Below the pieces are notes generated by a model. The model was not told the origin of the DNA. It made no database searches and saw only the letters and a program-made list of their open reading frames with translations. Below, one piece after another: positions 28,697 to 38,372 of a DNA stretch of 64,000 bases. How positions within the stretch are numbered: the first letter of the stretch is position 1; every line of letters begins with the position of its first letter. Both the position numbers and the translations under genes were made by a program. The stretch covers positions 124,001-188,000 of the IMG/VR virus record IMGVR_UViG_3300028045_000001. One strand, written 5' to 3'.

Positions 28697-29848
28697 ATGG
28701 AATCTGGACAATTATTTGTAACCGAGTGGCGTGGACATATGATAGTGTTACCGTTGAGTAAAAATGGAACATATGATTTTGTAGTAGATTGGGGAGATGG
28801 TACAACTATAAGTATAACGGAGTATAATCAGTCAGAAATCACGCATGCCTATAAGGACTCAAAGTTATTTCACATAGTAACTATATCCGGAATTATAGAA
28901 GGGTTTGGATTTGGATTTAATGGGGGAATTGGACCACAAGAATGTGAGTTGGTGGACGTTATTCAGTGGGGAAATGTCAAATTGAATAACGATGGATATC
29001 AATTTAATAATTGTATTGGGTTAAAGGGATTTAGTGCTAAAGACAGTCTCGACCTATCTAACATTACCAATATGAGTTATATGTTCTATGGGTCTATATC
29101 ATTCAATCAAGATATTTCTAACTGGGATGTGAGCATGGTTACGAGAATGGATAGTATGTTCCACTACGCTGTCTCTTTCAACCAAGATATATCCAAGTGG
29201 GAAGTTGATAATGTCACTGACATGAGATGTATGTTCTACGAGGCCATAGCATTCAATCAAGATACCTCTATGTGGAATGTTAGTAGTGTTACCGATATGC
29301 AATATATGTTCTGTGAAGCTGCTGCCTTCAACCAAGATATATCAAAGTGGGATGTAAGTAAGGTGATTGATATGAATCATATGCTCAATGGCATTTTATC
29401 CTTCGACCAGGACATATCTGATTGGGACGTTAGTAGTGTGACTAATATGAGTTATATGTTCTCTGACACTCTACGCTTCAACCAAGACATCTCTAATTGG
29501 GATGTGAGTAATGTTACTAATATGATGGGCATGTTTGCTGGTGCGAGTTCTTACAACCAAGATATATCTAATTGGAATGTTAGTAATGTTGCTAATATGG
29601 GGTTTATGTTTTATGGAGCTTCGTCCTTCAACCAAGATATCTCCAAATGGAATGTAAGTAATGTTACCGATATGAGGCACATGTTCAATAATGCCACATC
29701 ATTCGATCAGGACATCTCCACATGGGATGTGAGTAAGGTTGCTGAAATGGAGCATATGTTTTATGGAATCGAATCACACAATATTCCAACATTAAAATGG
29801 AGTATCATTAAAGCTGATGCCAACACACGTCAATCGGAAAGAACATAG
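28697..29848 (+). CDS. second DUF285/BspA-type repeat protein (9-10 repeats)
   Basis: Same N-terminal FVTEW..LPL....YDFVVDWGDG domain and 25-aa repeats; early promoter at 28624. Confidence 0.9.
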   Translation: MESGQLFVTEWRGHMIVLPLSKNGTYDFVVDWGDGTTISITEYNQSEITHAYKDSKLFHIVTISGIIEGFGFGFNGGIGPQECELVDVIQWGNVKLNNDGYQFNNCIGLKGFSAKDSLDLSNITNMSYMFYGSISFNQDISNWDVSMVTRMDSMFHYAVSFNQDISKWEVDNVTDMRCMFYEAIAFNQDTSMWNVSSVTDMQYMFCEAAAFNQDISKWDVSKVIDMNHMLNGILSFDQDISDWDVSSVTNMSYMFSDTLRFNQDISNWDVSNVTNMMGMFAGASSYNQDISNWNVSNVANMGFMFYGASSFNQDISKWNVSNVTDMRHMFNNATSFDQDISTWDVSKVAEMEHMFYGIESHNIPTLKWSIIKADANTRQSERT

Positions 29849-29888
29849 TTAGATAATCTCTAATTAGTATAAATAGTAAGGAGAAAAA

Positions 29889-30158
29889 ATGACAGGGATT
29901 GGAATAAGCTTAGAAACATTGTTAAATGAAAAAGAAAATATGTCGGATAGATCAAAGCGAAGTGCGTCAGATAATCCGTTTTCATATAACTTAATTACTG
30001 AGTTGACAAAACTTGTCAATTCTTTAGCTACGAAGCGGAACAGGCCGCTAATACAACACAGTGTTGATAGGGTCATGGAATTATTCCAAAGACATAAGTT
30101 CCTTCCTGTGGGAGCTATCGTGAATAGGATCTTTGATACAGCAGATACTACAAAATAA
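29889..30158 (+). CDS. hypothetical protein
   Basis: AAGGAG RBS; ends before a hairpin shared with the convergent gene. Confidence 0.6.
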   Translation: MTGIGISLETLLNEKENMSDRSKRSASDNPFSYNLITELTKLVNSLATKRNRPLIQHSVDRVMELFQRHKFLPVGAIVNRIFDTADTTK

Positions 30159-30221
30159 TAATTAAATCTAAACTCATTACGTAGACAGCTACTACAAATG
30201 TAGTAGCTGTCTATAGTGTAT

Positions 30222-30590
30222 TTATTTTTTATGTGTTCCCTCAACGCCACGGTTCTTCCGATCCGATGTTCTGTGATTCAGCCAATGTAGGGCTTCCTCT
30301 AACTTTGTAATAGCCAAAGCGTTCTCTCTGCATTTAAAATCACTTGCTTGGAAACACATCAGCCTATCTACCACGATTGCTATCAAATCCTCAAGGTGAC
30401 AACCATTGATGCCATATTCCTTGATTGGCCCATTTTGAAACTTGACCTGACAAAATTCATTGGCTTCTGGATCTGTAGTATCAGTCTCACTACGCACGAC
30501 TCTATATTTATCACATGCGTTGTCCTGTCCGGGCTCAGCTAAAGCTTGTATTTCTGTAAATCGCGTTGTTCCAATTCCGAGTATTCTCAT
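30222..30590 (-). CDS. Acb2/Tad1-like helical-hairpin domain protein (candidate immune-signal sponge)
   Basis: FQNGPIKE.GINGC..EDLIAIVVDRL..FQ...F.CRENALAITKLEEALHWL..RT.DR..RGVEGT signature; AAGGAG RBS. Confidence 0.7.
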   Translation of the reverse strand: MRILGIGTTRFTEIQALAEPGQDNACDKYRVVRSETDTTDPEANEFCQVKFQNGPIKEYGINGCHLEDLIAIVVDRLMCFQASDFKCRENALAITKLEEALHWLNHRTSDRKNRGVEGTHKK

Positions 30591-30799
30591 TTCTTCTCCT
30601 TTAAATAATTGTAATCTATTAAATCATTTATATCATAATGTGTCGTTCGCGCTCTTTCACTTATATATCACCTTTATGAAATGGAGATGTTGATAATTTG
30701 ATTTGCTAATAATGAGATGACAAGTATGAGATTTTTTGAAGAGTAGAAAAGACAGGAAGCCAATCAATAGAATTAGATAACGAAATAAGGAGATAGACG

Positions 30800-31093
30800 A
30801 TGATGCCTAAATCCATGCGTTTAGTTGGACTGTTGTTTAAGAAGCAAAGGACCGGGGCCTTGGTATCCTTATTAAAACTAAAAAAGATTATAGCTACAAA
30901 ACCAGCAGAGGTTGAAGGGATGCTCTGTAGCAACAGATTGTGTATTATGTATGCTGCTAAAATAAAGTCTTATACAAAAATTATTGAGGCAGCTATTCGG
31001 GTACAGCCCATAGATCATCAGAGAATGCTTTCGATAACCCCAAAGCTAAGTGTTCCAGAACTATACTCGATGCGGCACACTAAGTCAGATTGA
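30800..31093 (+). CDS. hypothetical protein
   Basis: AAGGAG RBS. Confidence 0.55.
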   Translation: MMPKSMRLVGLLFKKQRTGALVSLLKLKKIIATKPAEVEGMLCSNRLCIMYAAKIKSYTKIIEAAIRVQPIDHQRMLSITPKLSVPELYSMRHTKSD

Positions 31094-31445
31094 TCACAAT
31101 GTAACCCCACATTGTAGGGTTACCGATACTTTGCCCTCTCTTAAGAATTATCGACTAAGTACCCTCGGATACAAAGTAGACACGTTAATAGATTTATATG
31201 AATACACCATCCTAATAGACTTTGATGCGATGAAAAAGATCCAATTAAAGGTGGTCAAACGGTTTGAAAAAATGACCGATCGTTTAGACAGAGAGCCCGC
31301 CGTTGATGGGCTGGAGGACAAGGTCAATACCTTCGAACAGTGGCGTACATTATACTGTGACTATTACGAGGTACTTGTGCAGAGACAGAAATTATTGATC
31401 AATGGGATGGATCAAGTGGTGGCATTGGTAAATACTATAACGTAG
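31050..31445 (+). CDS. hypothetical protein (start uncertain)
   Basis: 131-aa ORF overlapping the previous one by 44 nt; ends before a long hairpin at 31455-31497. Confidence 0.45.
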   Translation: MFQNYTRCGTLSQIDHNVTPHCRVTDTLPSLKNYRLSTLGYKVDTLIDLYEYTILIDFDAMKKIQLKVVKRFEKMTDRLDREPAVDGLEDKVNTFEQWRTLYCDYYEVLVQRQKLLINGMDQVVALVNTIT

Positions 31446-31580
31446 CATTAGCCACACATACCTACACGAATGCATAGTGTATTCGTGTAGGTATGTGAAA
31501 TTATATATGTCAATATTTTTTTATTTATATATTACTATCATGATGTACCCAATACAATTTCAATTAAAAGGAGGAGACAG

Positions 31581-32315
31581 TTGTTTAAGGTAATTAAATT
31601 TTTTAAAATAAAGAGGTCTGAAAAAGATACAGCTAAGTACTGTATCAATGCTATTTTTAGCGATGGCAATGCGACCCCGATCTATCGCACTCTTGTTGAT
31701 AACTTAATAGAGAGGGCAGAAAAAAATATATCGAGTAACACAGTGCTTACATATAAGCCATTGGATGGCATGTCCAGACTTGATGGGTTGGAGCACATAA
31801 ATACCCTACAACAATTAACAGCGAGCCGTAAGCTTATAGTTTCAAAAACAGATAAGCTACTGATGCGTTTATACCAAGCAAAATGCTGTATTGGGGATAA
31901 AGAAGCAGTGCGTAAGCTATTGACTAAATTAACGAATAAGTACTTAAATGAGAAAACGTACCACGATATTTTGTTTGATGCTTTTGGGTACACAAGAGCG
32001 GGGGTAGTTCTCGCTTTAAAAAATAGTCAGGCGACTGGGAGCATCAATGAGTTTCTTTGGCTATTGGAGACGGCGATAGCGGACGAGTTGAAATCTGGCG
32101 ACCTTATAAAAAAATACAATGAGTTTCTTGTATCTTTTCTACAGGAGGTACACAACAATGTAGAGGAGATACTATACAAAAGGTTAGACGGCTCAAAGAG
32201 TTCAAGTTGGGCGGTGAAGCAAACTGTAAAGGCACTTGACATATTGGAGTATAGAATCAGACGTGATATAATGAGTGAAGTTAATGATGTATTGGAGAGC
32301 TGTACCACAGCGTGA
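31581..32315 (+). CDS. hypothetical helical protein
   Basis: AGGAGG RBS, TTG start; early promoter at 31528. Confidence 0.7.
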   Translation: MFKVIKFFKIKRSEKDTAKYCINAIFSDGNATPIYRTLVDNLIERAEKNISSNTVLTYKPLDGMSRLDGLEHINTLQQLTASRKLIVSKTDKLLMRLYQAKCCIGDKEAVRKLLTKLTNKYLNEKTYHDILFDAFGYTRAGVVLALKNSQATGSINEFLWLLETAIADELKSGDLIKKYNEFLVSFLQEVHNNVEEILYKRLDGSKSSSWAVKQTVKALDILEYRIRRDIMSEVNDVLESCTTA

Positions 32316-32523
32316 TGACTAAGTACGACTTGCCTGGAGATGCTTCGACGAACGTTTTATGTGCTGTTTAAAAAACCATAACTACTGGGGGGCCTATCTT
32401 GGTTCCCAGTAGTTATGCGTCAATCCTATGCCAACAGCGACTTTCAATTTTTATTATTTATATATTGCTATAGCGAATAGGACAATTAAATTTATTTTTA
32501 TCTCACATAAAAAGGAGAGCATC

Positions 32524-32925
32524 ATGATCAATATGTCATTTAGTTACACAGTTGGAGTTGAAAAGGAATCCCAAGAAATAATACTTGCAGCCATTCGACT
32601 CTACTTCCCCGATTTTGCAGATGAGATGGATGTACAATTTGGTGAAAGTAGAGAGTCGGAGACAAAAAGAGTGGCGACTTCCTACACTATAACATTGAAG
32701 ATTAAAGATAGCTTGTTAGACAAGGGCTTAAAATTTGCGATTGGCATACAGCCAATCGTAGATCTCCTTGCCAAGGGAAGTTTTGAAAACTCTTCCATTG
32801 TTGATGACATTGGTGTTAACCTTGTGGAGATGCATGGGGATGAAGAGACTACCACTGTACTTGTACCAATGGACGAATGCGAAAAGATTGATCTTACCGA
32901 TGTAGAACAAAATGAACTACATTAG
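32524..32925 (+). CDS. hypothetical protein, paralog of 34734..35135
   Basis: AAGGAG RBS; collinear similarity over the full length (SYT...E.ES..AIR.Y.P...GSF..S....DIG....E.HGD). Confidence 0.75.
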   Translation: MINMSFSYTVGVEKESQEIILAAIRLYFPDFADEMDVQFGESRESETKRVATSYTITLKIKDSLLDKGLKFAIGIQPIVDLLAKGSFENSSIVDDIGVNLVEMHGDEETTTVLVPMDECEKIDLTDVEQNELH

Positions 32926-33065
32926 CTAACTACTGTGGGCGAGTACCGCGATGTGTCTGATAACTAAATGCTATCAGACACAATGCCCCTTACTATTTGT
33001 CCCAAATGGCTTTTTAATTTTTATTACTTATAACTGATACAAAAGAAATATAAAGGAGAGCTATC

Positions 33066-33548
33066 GTGATTACTAAAGCATTGACTGGTCACATGTACTA
33101 TCGATCGCCATATGAGTGCGATGATGACTGTGATACCTGTGATGGGGCAAAGTGCGAGTGGTGTGAGGCTGAGTACAACGTACACGACCGGACGTTCAGC
33201 AAGCATGCTGATGCTGAGGCTTATGAGAAGGAAAATGAAATCAAGATGCTATCTTTAACTGGAATGCCGGACATCGATATTCACGATGCCACGTTCTACA
33301 TTAAAGATGGTGTATTATTAGCACGATTTTATGAACATGGGGATGTAGTCATCGACGTAAACAGCCCATTTTATCAAGACGTATATGATACAAAAAAATC
33401 AGACCACGATAAGTGGGACGAATGTACATGTACTGATAAGGAGGAGGAACACTATGGCAACACATGCTGTATAAGAGGTTGCGACGATGTTGATTGTTAC
33501 TATGAAATGAAGGTAAAAGGAAGAACCAAAAAGAAGTGGTATTGTTGA
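33066..33548 (+). CDS. Cys/Asp-rich metal-binding hypothetical protein
   Basis: AAGGAG RBS; CDDDCDTCDGAKCEWC and CTC...TCCIRGCDDVDC clusters. Confidence 0.65.
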   Translation: MITKALTGHMYYRSPYECDDDCDTCDGAKCEWCEAEYNVHDRTFSKHADAEAYEKENEIKMLSLTGMPDIDIHDATFYIKDGVLLARFYEHGDVVIDVNSPFYQDVYDTKKSDHDKWDECTCTDKEEEHYGNTCCIRGCDDVDCYYEMKVKGRTKKKWYC

Positions 33549-33594
33549 AGATACAGTATTATTACTGTTAGTTTATAAATAAGGAGAAGCGAGA

Positions 33595-34149
33595 ATGGTA
33601 ACTATAGAATTTCATAAAAGAGTTGTAAGCATTGGAATGGAGCATATGGGGGAACGCGGGTCGTCCATACCCCCGATGGTGTTCCTGAAAAATGAAGATG
33701 ACTCTTGTGTACTGTGGGCCATGGATGAGGGCAAATTAATTCAAAAATCCGATGACCTCGTAGGGGCATGGATAGAGGAAATCAGAAGTGTCATACATTC
33801 AAATAAGTTTAAACAATACTCTATTTTTATGGAGAACAAGGTATCCGAGTTTGTATGCATTACCGTAGAAAAAAATTACGAGAAATGTTTTACTAGTGTT
33901 CCCTTTTATATTTCTTCTAATGGGAAAGTCGTATTTTCAAATAAAGATCGCTATGACTTGAATACGATGGACTCAAACCCTTCTAAAATATTAGAAAGGA
34001 TTGTGGATCTGGTTACTTCTATTGGTAAAAAGAAACATAAAATAACGGGAAGAGTTGCCGATCTATTTGCTCCTCCTGCTGAAATAAACCACGCAGCGGT
34101 CGAGCAATTTAATGAAGGAACTGACTGTATAAGCAAAATAGAATTGTAA
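33595..34149 (+). CDS. hypothetical protein
   Basis: AAGGAG RBS. Confidence 0.65.
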   Translation: MVTIEFHKRVVSIGMEHMGERGSSIPPMVFLKNEDDSCVLWAMDEGKLIQKSDDLVGAWIEEIRSVIHSNKFKQYSIFMENKVSEFVCITVEKNYEKCFTSVPFYISSNGKVVFSNKDRYDLNTMDSNPSKILERIVDLVTSIGKKKHKITGRVADLFAPPAEINHAAVEQFNEGTDCISKIEL

Positions 34150-34208
34150 GTTATTACAACACCATACTTGATGACCAAGTGTCATCAAGTATGGTATGAT
34201 CGGGCATA

Positions 34209-34304
34209 TTTTTTTTATACTCAGAGCGTCTTTCAATTTTTATTACTTATATATGGCATCAATGAATCACAAGATTAGAATACTAATATAAAAATATAAA
34301 GGAG
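34209..34304 (+). repeat. about 96-bp promoter/leader/RBS direct repeat, copy A
   Basis: Near-identical to 35196-35292; includes TTCAAT...TATATGGC-N4-ATG and ends in AAAGGAG. Confidence 0.85.
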
Positions 34305-34311
34305 TTTAATT

Positions 34312-34659
34312 ATGAAAGAAGTCACTATCGCCGATCAACATCCCGGCAAATACCACGATGGACAAAAATTAATATTATGTGAATACAAAACTGACGACGG
34401 AGACTCCGGTATAACTGGTGTTCGAAGGGATAGTTCCAAAGAATTTGGAATGTTTAATTCGGAAAGAGAATGTATTCAAGACATTGGCTTTCGTAATGAC
34501 GAATGGATATTCACTATGTTTAACATTACAGATGTCAATCGAACCCACATTGACAAATTATTAGAAGATGGAACTGTAGTGATCGAGCGTTATTTTAAAG
34601 GAGACAACAAGGAACAGTGTGAGCCTTATTATTCATTAGAACTGAAGGTGATTGAATAA
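34312..34659 (+). CDS. hypothetical protein
   Basis: AAGGAG RBS within repeat copy A. Confidence 0.7.
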   Translation: MKEVTIADQHPGKYHDGQKLILCEYKTDDGDSGITGVRRDSSKEFGMFNSERECIQDIGFRNDEWIFTMFNITDVNRTHIDKLLEDGTVVIERYFKGDNKEQCEPYYSLELKVIE

Positions 34660-34733
34660 CTTATGTGGGTCACAATGGTATAATTAGAAAGCACGTAAAT
34701 ACTAATACAAAAAATATAAAGGAGAAATTCATC

Positions 34734-35135
34734 ATGATCACTGTATCTTATAACTACACAATAGAAATTGAAGAAGAATCACGAGTATTGTTACTTAACG
34801 CCATTCGAGCATATTCCCCAGAAGTGGCGGATAAATTGGAAGCAGTATTCAAAGAGCAAGAGAACGATGAAACAAAGAATTTAAAAAGTTCGTACACTAT
34901 GACCATGAGTGTAAAATCTAATTTGTTGGAAAAAGTTTCAAATTTGGCAGTAGGCTTGAAACCAGTGATTGACCTTATCACAAATGGAAGTTTTAGTGAC
35001 TCCGAACTCATGAAAGATATTGGGATGTCTGTTACAGAAATACATGGCGATATAGAACGCACTACCGTGATAAATCCAATTGCTACTAATGAGAATACTA
35101 ATAATGTTGATGTAGAACAGAAGTACACACATTAG
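34734..35135 (+). CDS. hypothetical protein, paralog of 32524..32925
   Basis: AAGGAG RBS; upstream ACTAATACAAAAAATATAAAGGAG is a partial third copy of the leader repeat. Confidence 0.75.
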   Translation: MITVSYNYTIEIEEESRVLLLNAIRAYSPEVADKLEAVFKEQENDETKNLKSSYTMTMSVKSNLLEKVSNLAVGLKPVIDLITNGSFSDSELMKDIGMSVTEIHGDIERTTVINPIATNENTNNVDVEQKYTH

Positions 35136-35195
35136 TTAGTGATATGTAATAACACGTACACACTGTATCGACGATACAGTGTGTACGGTTCTATT

Positions 35196-35292
35196 TTTTT
35201 TTTATACTCAGAGTGTCTTTCAATTTTTATTACTTATATATGACATCAATGAATCACAAGATTAGAATACTAATACAAAAAATATAAAGGAG
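35196..35292 (+). repeat. about 96-bp promoter/leader/RBS direct repeat, copy B
   Basis: See copy A at 34209; the two downstream genes are unrelated. Confidence 0.85.
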
Positions 35293-35299
35293 AATTATC

Positions 35300-35656
35300 A
35301 TGACAATTCAAATCAATATAGCAAAAATAGTATCAAATGTAGTATGTGTAGTTTTAGGAACAAAACGTTTCTGCCAAAAAGAAATCACAGAGCTTGCCAA
35401 ATCAAGAAAATCTGTTGAAGTACGTGCTTACCCATGTAACACTAAAGGTGACAATGTACATTCTGTTGTAGGCAAAGTTGTTAGAGTAAGTAAAGACTTT
35501 TTCGAAATTGAAGCAGTTGCAGAAACAGTATACGAAAATGGACGTGCACTTGTAAACTTAAGCAGAGTCGAACGATGTGAATTTGACAGTGTAGTTAACA
35601 TCAATGGCGTTCGTGTAAGTGACTTAGTAAAAGCTGGTCATAGCTACGCAATGTAA
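35300..35656 (+). CDS. hypothetical beta-rich protein
   Basis: AAGGAG RBS within repeat copy B. Confidence 0.7.
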   Translation: MTIQINIAKIVSNVVCVVLGTKRFCQKEITELAKSRKSVEVRAYPCNTKGDNVHSVVGKVVRVSKDFFEIEAVAETVYENGRALVNLSRVERCEFDSVVNINGVRVSDLVKAGHSYAM

Positions 35657-35846
35657 GAGTATATTAAATTAATCTTTCAAGCAATAACTACAAGGCAGGA
35701 CTATGATCACGAAATATCAAGTTAGTTATATGTACTAAGCTGGGTTCGCACCCAGCTTAGTATGAAACTTTTATTTTTACAGTGGTTGCTATAAGACAGA
35801 TTGTTTGTCACCATTCTTTTTAATTATTAACAAGGAGAACTTTGAT

Positions 35847-36314
35847 ATGAAGGAGAATTCTACTACGGACGCATTCATAAAGTTCGCACTCGAGGCAATG
35901 GATCCAGAAGTGAAGAATGCATTTGAGCAGGTAACTTTGAGACACAACAGAGCTCAATTAAAATTCGAGGACCTGTCCAATATGGACCCATCGGAAAAAC
36001 TATCGTTGTTTACTGAAATGAAGGAGATACAAAAAGAATTTGAGGAATTACATAAGAGCGCTCTATCTTTCGAGTGCCCTTTTCCTACTGATCCACAGGC
36101 TACGATATGTAGTGCCACTATAGATGACGGCACTGCAATGGGGTACCCTACCTCTGACATGTCGTTTGTATACATCGTGTGCGATAATGGTTTTAGCGGC
36201 CCAGCGCTCGTTATCCCACGCGACTTTATGCCCTACGATACGACCGACCTTATTGGCAAGACAGTGGAGCAAGCGGTAAAGGACCATCTAAATAAAATTG
36301 GCCCTGTTACCTAA
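35847..36314 (+). CDS. hypothetical protein; C-terminus related to 36350..36766
   Basis: AAGGAG RBS before ATG 35847; ends YDTTDLIGKTVEQAVKDHLNKIG. Confidence 0.7.
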   Translation: MKENSTTDAFIKFALEAMDPEVKNAFEQVTLRHNRAQLKFEDLSNMDPSEKLSLFTEMKEIQKEFEELHKSALSFECPFPTDPQATICSATIDDGTAMGYPTSDMSFVYIVCDNGFSGPALVIPRDFMPYDTTDLIGKTVEQAVKDHLNKIGPVT

Positions 36315-36349
36315 CCAAATAACTTCATTTTGAGGGGGGGATCCAAAGT

Positions 36350-36766
36350 ATGGAAAATATATTTTTAGACAAAGTAGAAAAGTTATACCTGAAAGCAAAT
36401 GAACTCAAAACAAAAGCACATTGCCTTTCATCAACAAGGTCCGCACGATCAAATGATGCAGCTAACGAACTAACGAAAATAAGTCTACGTATCAAAAAAC
36501 TAAACCAAGCTGCGTTAGAAGTAAACCTCGCTTCCATAAATGATGCTGAGTTAGTTATACGTGAGGTCGTAATAAACCCTATACGATCAGTCGGTCCAGA
36601 TGCCCAGGATACAAGTTATGTGGTTGCACGCTATGAGAACAACATCAACGAATTATTGTTCTTTTTTAAGACGAACATGTTGTCCTATAAAAAGACTGAG
36701 TTTATCGGTAAGACCGCAAGGCAGGCGATAGAGTACCATTGGAACAGGATGGGGTTTCTCATATGA
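36350..36766 (+). CDS. hypothetical protein; C-terminus related to 35847..36314
   Basis: Ends YKKTEFIGKTARQAIEYHWNRMG. Confidence 0.7.
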   Translation: MENIFLDKVEKLYLKANELKTKAHCLSSTRSARSNDAANELTKISLRIKKLNQAALEVNLASINDAELVIREVVINPIRSVGPDAQDTSYVVARYENNINELLFFFKTNMLSYKKTEFIGKTARQAIEYHWNRMGFLI

Positions 36767-36910
36767 CACCCTACAATTACACCTACCTTAGATGCACCGC
36801 TCGCATCTAAGGTAGGTTATTTTTTTGTAAAAAATACTTAATTTTTTATGAAGATACCACATAATATGTAAAGAATATCAATACTCAAATGTCGCTCAAG
36901 GAGCCACCAT

Positions 36911-37744
36911 ATGCCTACCAAACAACCAAATAAATACAGTAAGGAAGAGGGCTCTATTCCTATTTATAGTTATGGTACAACTCCAGTCTGGGATACAATA
37001 TCACACTACGGGGAGTTCAATAAATTTTATTACGATGTGATCATAATAGACGCAACGACCATCATACGAAACATTGCATCGGACCATAAAGATCTGCCTT
37101 ACTATAAATTAAAACCGCTGATCAATGAAGAGCTGGGGGCATTGATGCAAGCTATCGCATTCGCCACCAAAAACTCTGGGATGATCAATGTAAAAATAAT
37201 AATATACCTTGCTAACTATGTTCGGAACATTAAAGAGATTTATCTTAAAACGAAGTATGGTAAACTAAACTCCATAGTGCATGGACATACATTGCAAGAA
37301 CTAAAGAATCCAGATAAAAATAGGGACATGCAACTTGACGACAACACCATTCTTCAGCAACGTATGATACGACACGGTAACGTCATCCCAGAGCTAAGGA
37401 TGTTGGCACATAACGCCGGGAACAGGAGTAAGATATTGCTGTTGTCCCATATGCCCTATTCGTATCACCTTACTGGATTTTACCCAGACATGCATCTAAT
37501 ATACAGCCACACTGGAGAGATACATGACCGATCGGTGCTGCCTAAAAAAGTATTTAAACATGGAGACATTCCATTCTATAATAGTACACATTTATTTTTT
37601 GGAGACTCTATTTTTTTAAAGGGTATAGCAAGTAATAAGCAAAAAAAAATAGCCAAACAGAAGGCTATAGATGACTCCTGGATAACCCAGCAAGAAGCGT
37701 ATGTTATTTTTGAATTAGAAGAAATACTAAAGAATGTAACGTAA
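36911..37744 (+). CDS. phiKZ gp66-like protein, possible PIN/5'-3' nuclease-like fold
   Basis: VIIIDATTIIRN N-terminal motif, LLLSH..Y; first gene of the gp66-70 block by synteny. Confidence 0.55.
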   Translation: MPTKQPNKYSKEEGSIPIYSYGTTPVWDTISHYGEFNKFYYDVIIIDATTIIRNIASDHKDLPYYKLKPLINEELGALMQAIAFATKNSGMINVKIIIYLANYVRNIKEIYLKTKYGKLNSIVHGHTLQELKNPDKNRDMQLDDNTILQQRMIRHGNVIPELRMLAHNAGNRSKILLLSHMPYSYHLTGFYPDMHLIYSHTGEIHDRSVLPKKVFKHGDIPFYNSTHLFFGDSIFLKGIASNKQKKIAKQKAIDDSWITQQEAYVIFELEEILKNVT

Positions 37745-37778
37745 GATAATATTATTAATTGTTAATGGAGGTACAAGG

Positions 37779-38348
37779 ATGACGATCGCAATTTTAGGTC
37801 CTGAGGACAGAGTAAATTATAACTCTTTATTTAGATACCAGTTATACAACGGCAAGACCAAACAAAATGTTGTACTGAATGCTTGGCAAGGGTTTCTATC
37901 ATTCCAAGTATTTTCAAACAAACAACCTGCAGCAAGGGTGCCACTCAATATAAATTTGCTTCATACCTTGATATATCAAATTAAAAAGGTACGTGCCATG
38001 GGCCCCAACAGTGCGGTAACAGTCACTTCTACAAAATGGGATCCTAATACAAAATCGAATCTTCCAGTGGGAAGGATCATCGTAGGAAAAAATGATGAAA
38101 ATGTAATGACCTTGACCCTTAAGACACCCGACTCGGACAATCATTCCTTTGAAGTTACTATACCAGCCTCCGTAGCCTTTGATGATGACAACAAACAAGT
38201 GCGAGCTGAGATAGGTGTCAATACACTTATCAGTGTACTTGAACAGAGTATGGGTACGATGATAACTTCTAAGCGAGTTGATAAATTTAACAATCAGCAG
38301 TCTACAAACAACAATCAAAATATAAAAAATAACGACATTCCGTTTTAA
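37779..38348 (+). CDS. chmC: ChmC-like nucleic-acid-binding protein (phiKZ gp67-like)
   Basis: Beta-rich body with Asn/Gln-rich tail ending DIPF; position just upstream of the gp68-like genes. Confidence 0.6.
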   Translation: MTIAILGPEDRVNYNSLFRYQLYNGKTKQNVVLNAWQGFLSFQVFSNKQPAARVPLNINLLHTLIYQIKKVRAMGPNSAVTVTSTKWDPNTKSNLPVGRIIVGKNDENVMTLTLKTPDSDNHSFEVTIPASVAFDDDNKQVRAEIGVNTLISVLEQSMGTMITSKRVDKFNNQQSTNNNQNIKNNDIPF

Positions 38349-38372
38349 GTACGTACAAGTTAAATACCAATC

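Noticed and set aside
25610-29680. Many minus-strand ORFs over the DUF285 arrays
   Set aside because: They are antisense shadows of the periodic coding repeat and have no RBS.
25128-29848. Diversity-generating retroelement acting on the DUF285 genes
   Set aside because: No reverse transcriptase and no non-coding template repeat/variable repeat pair are visible in this window. Variation is spread over all repeats, which fits intragenic recombination better.
30800-31445. Programmed frameshift joining 30800..31093 and 31050..31445
   Set aside because: A 44-nt overlap exists, but no clear slippery heptamer or homology support was seen.
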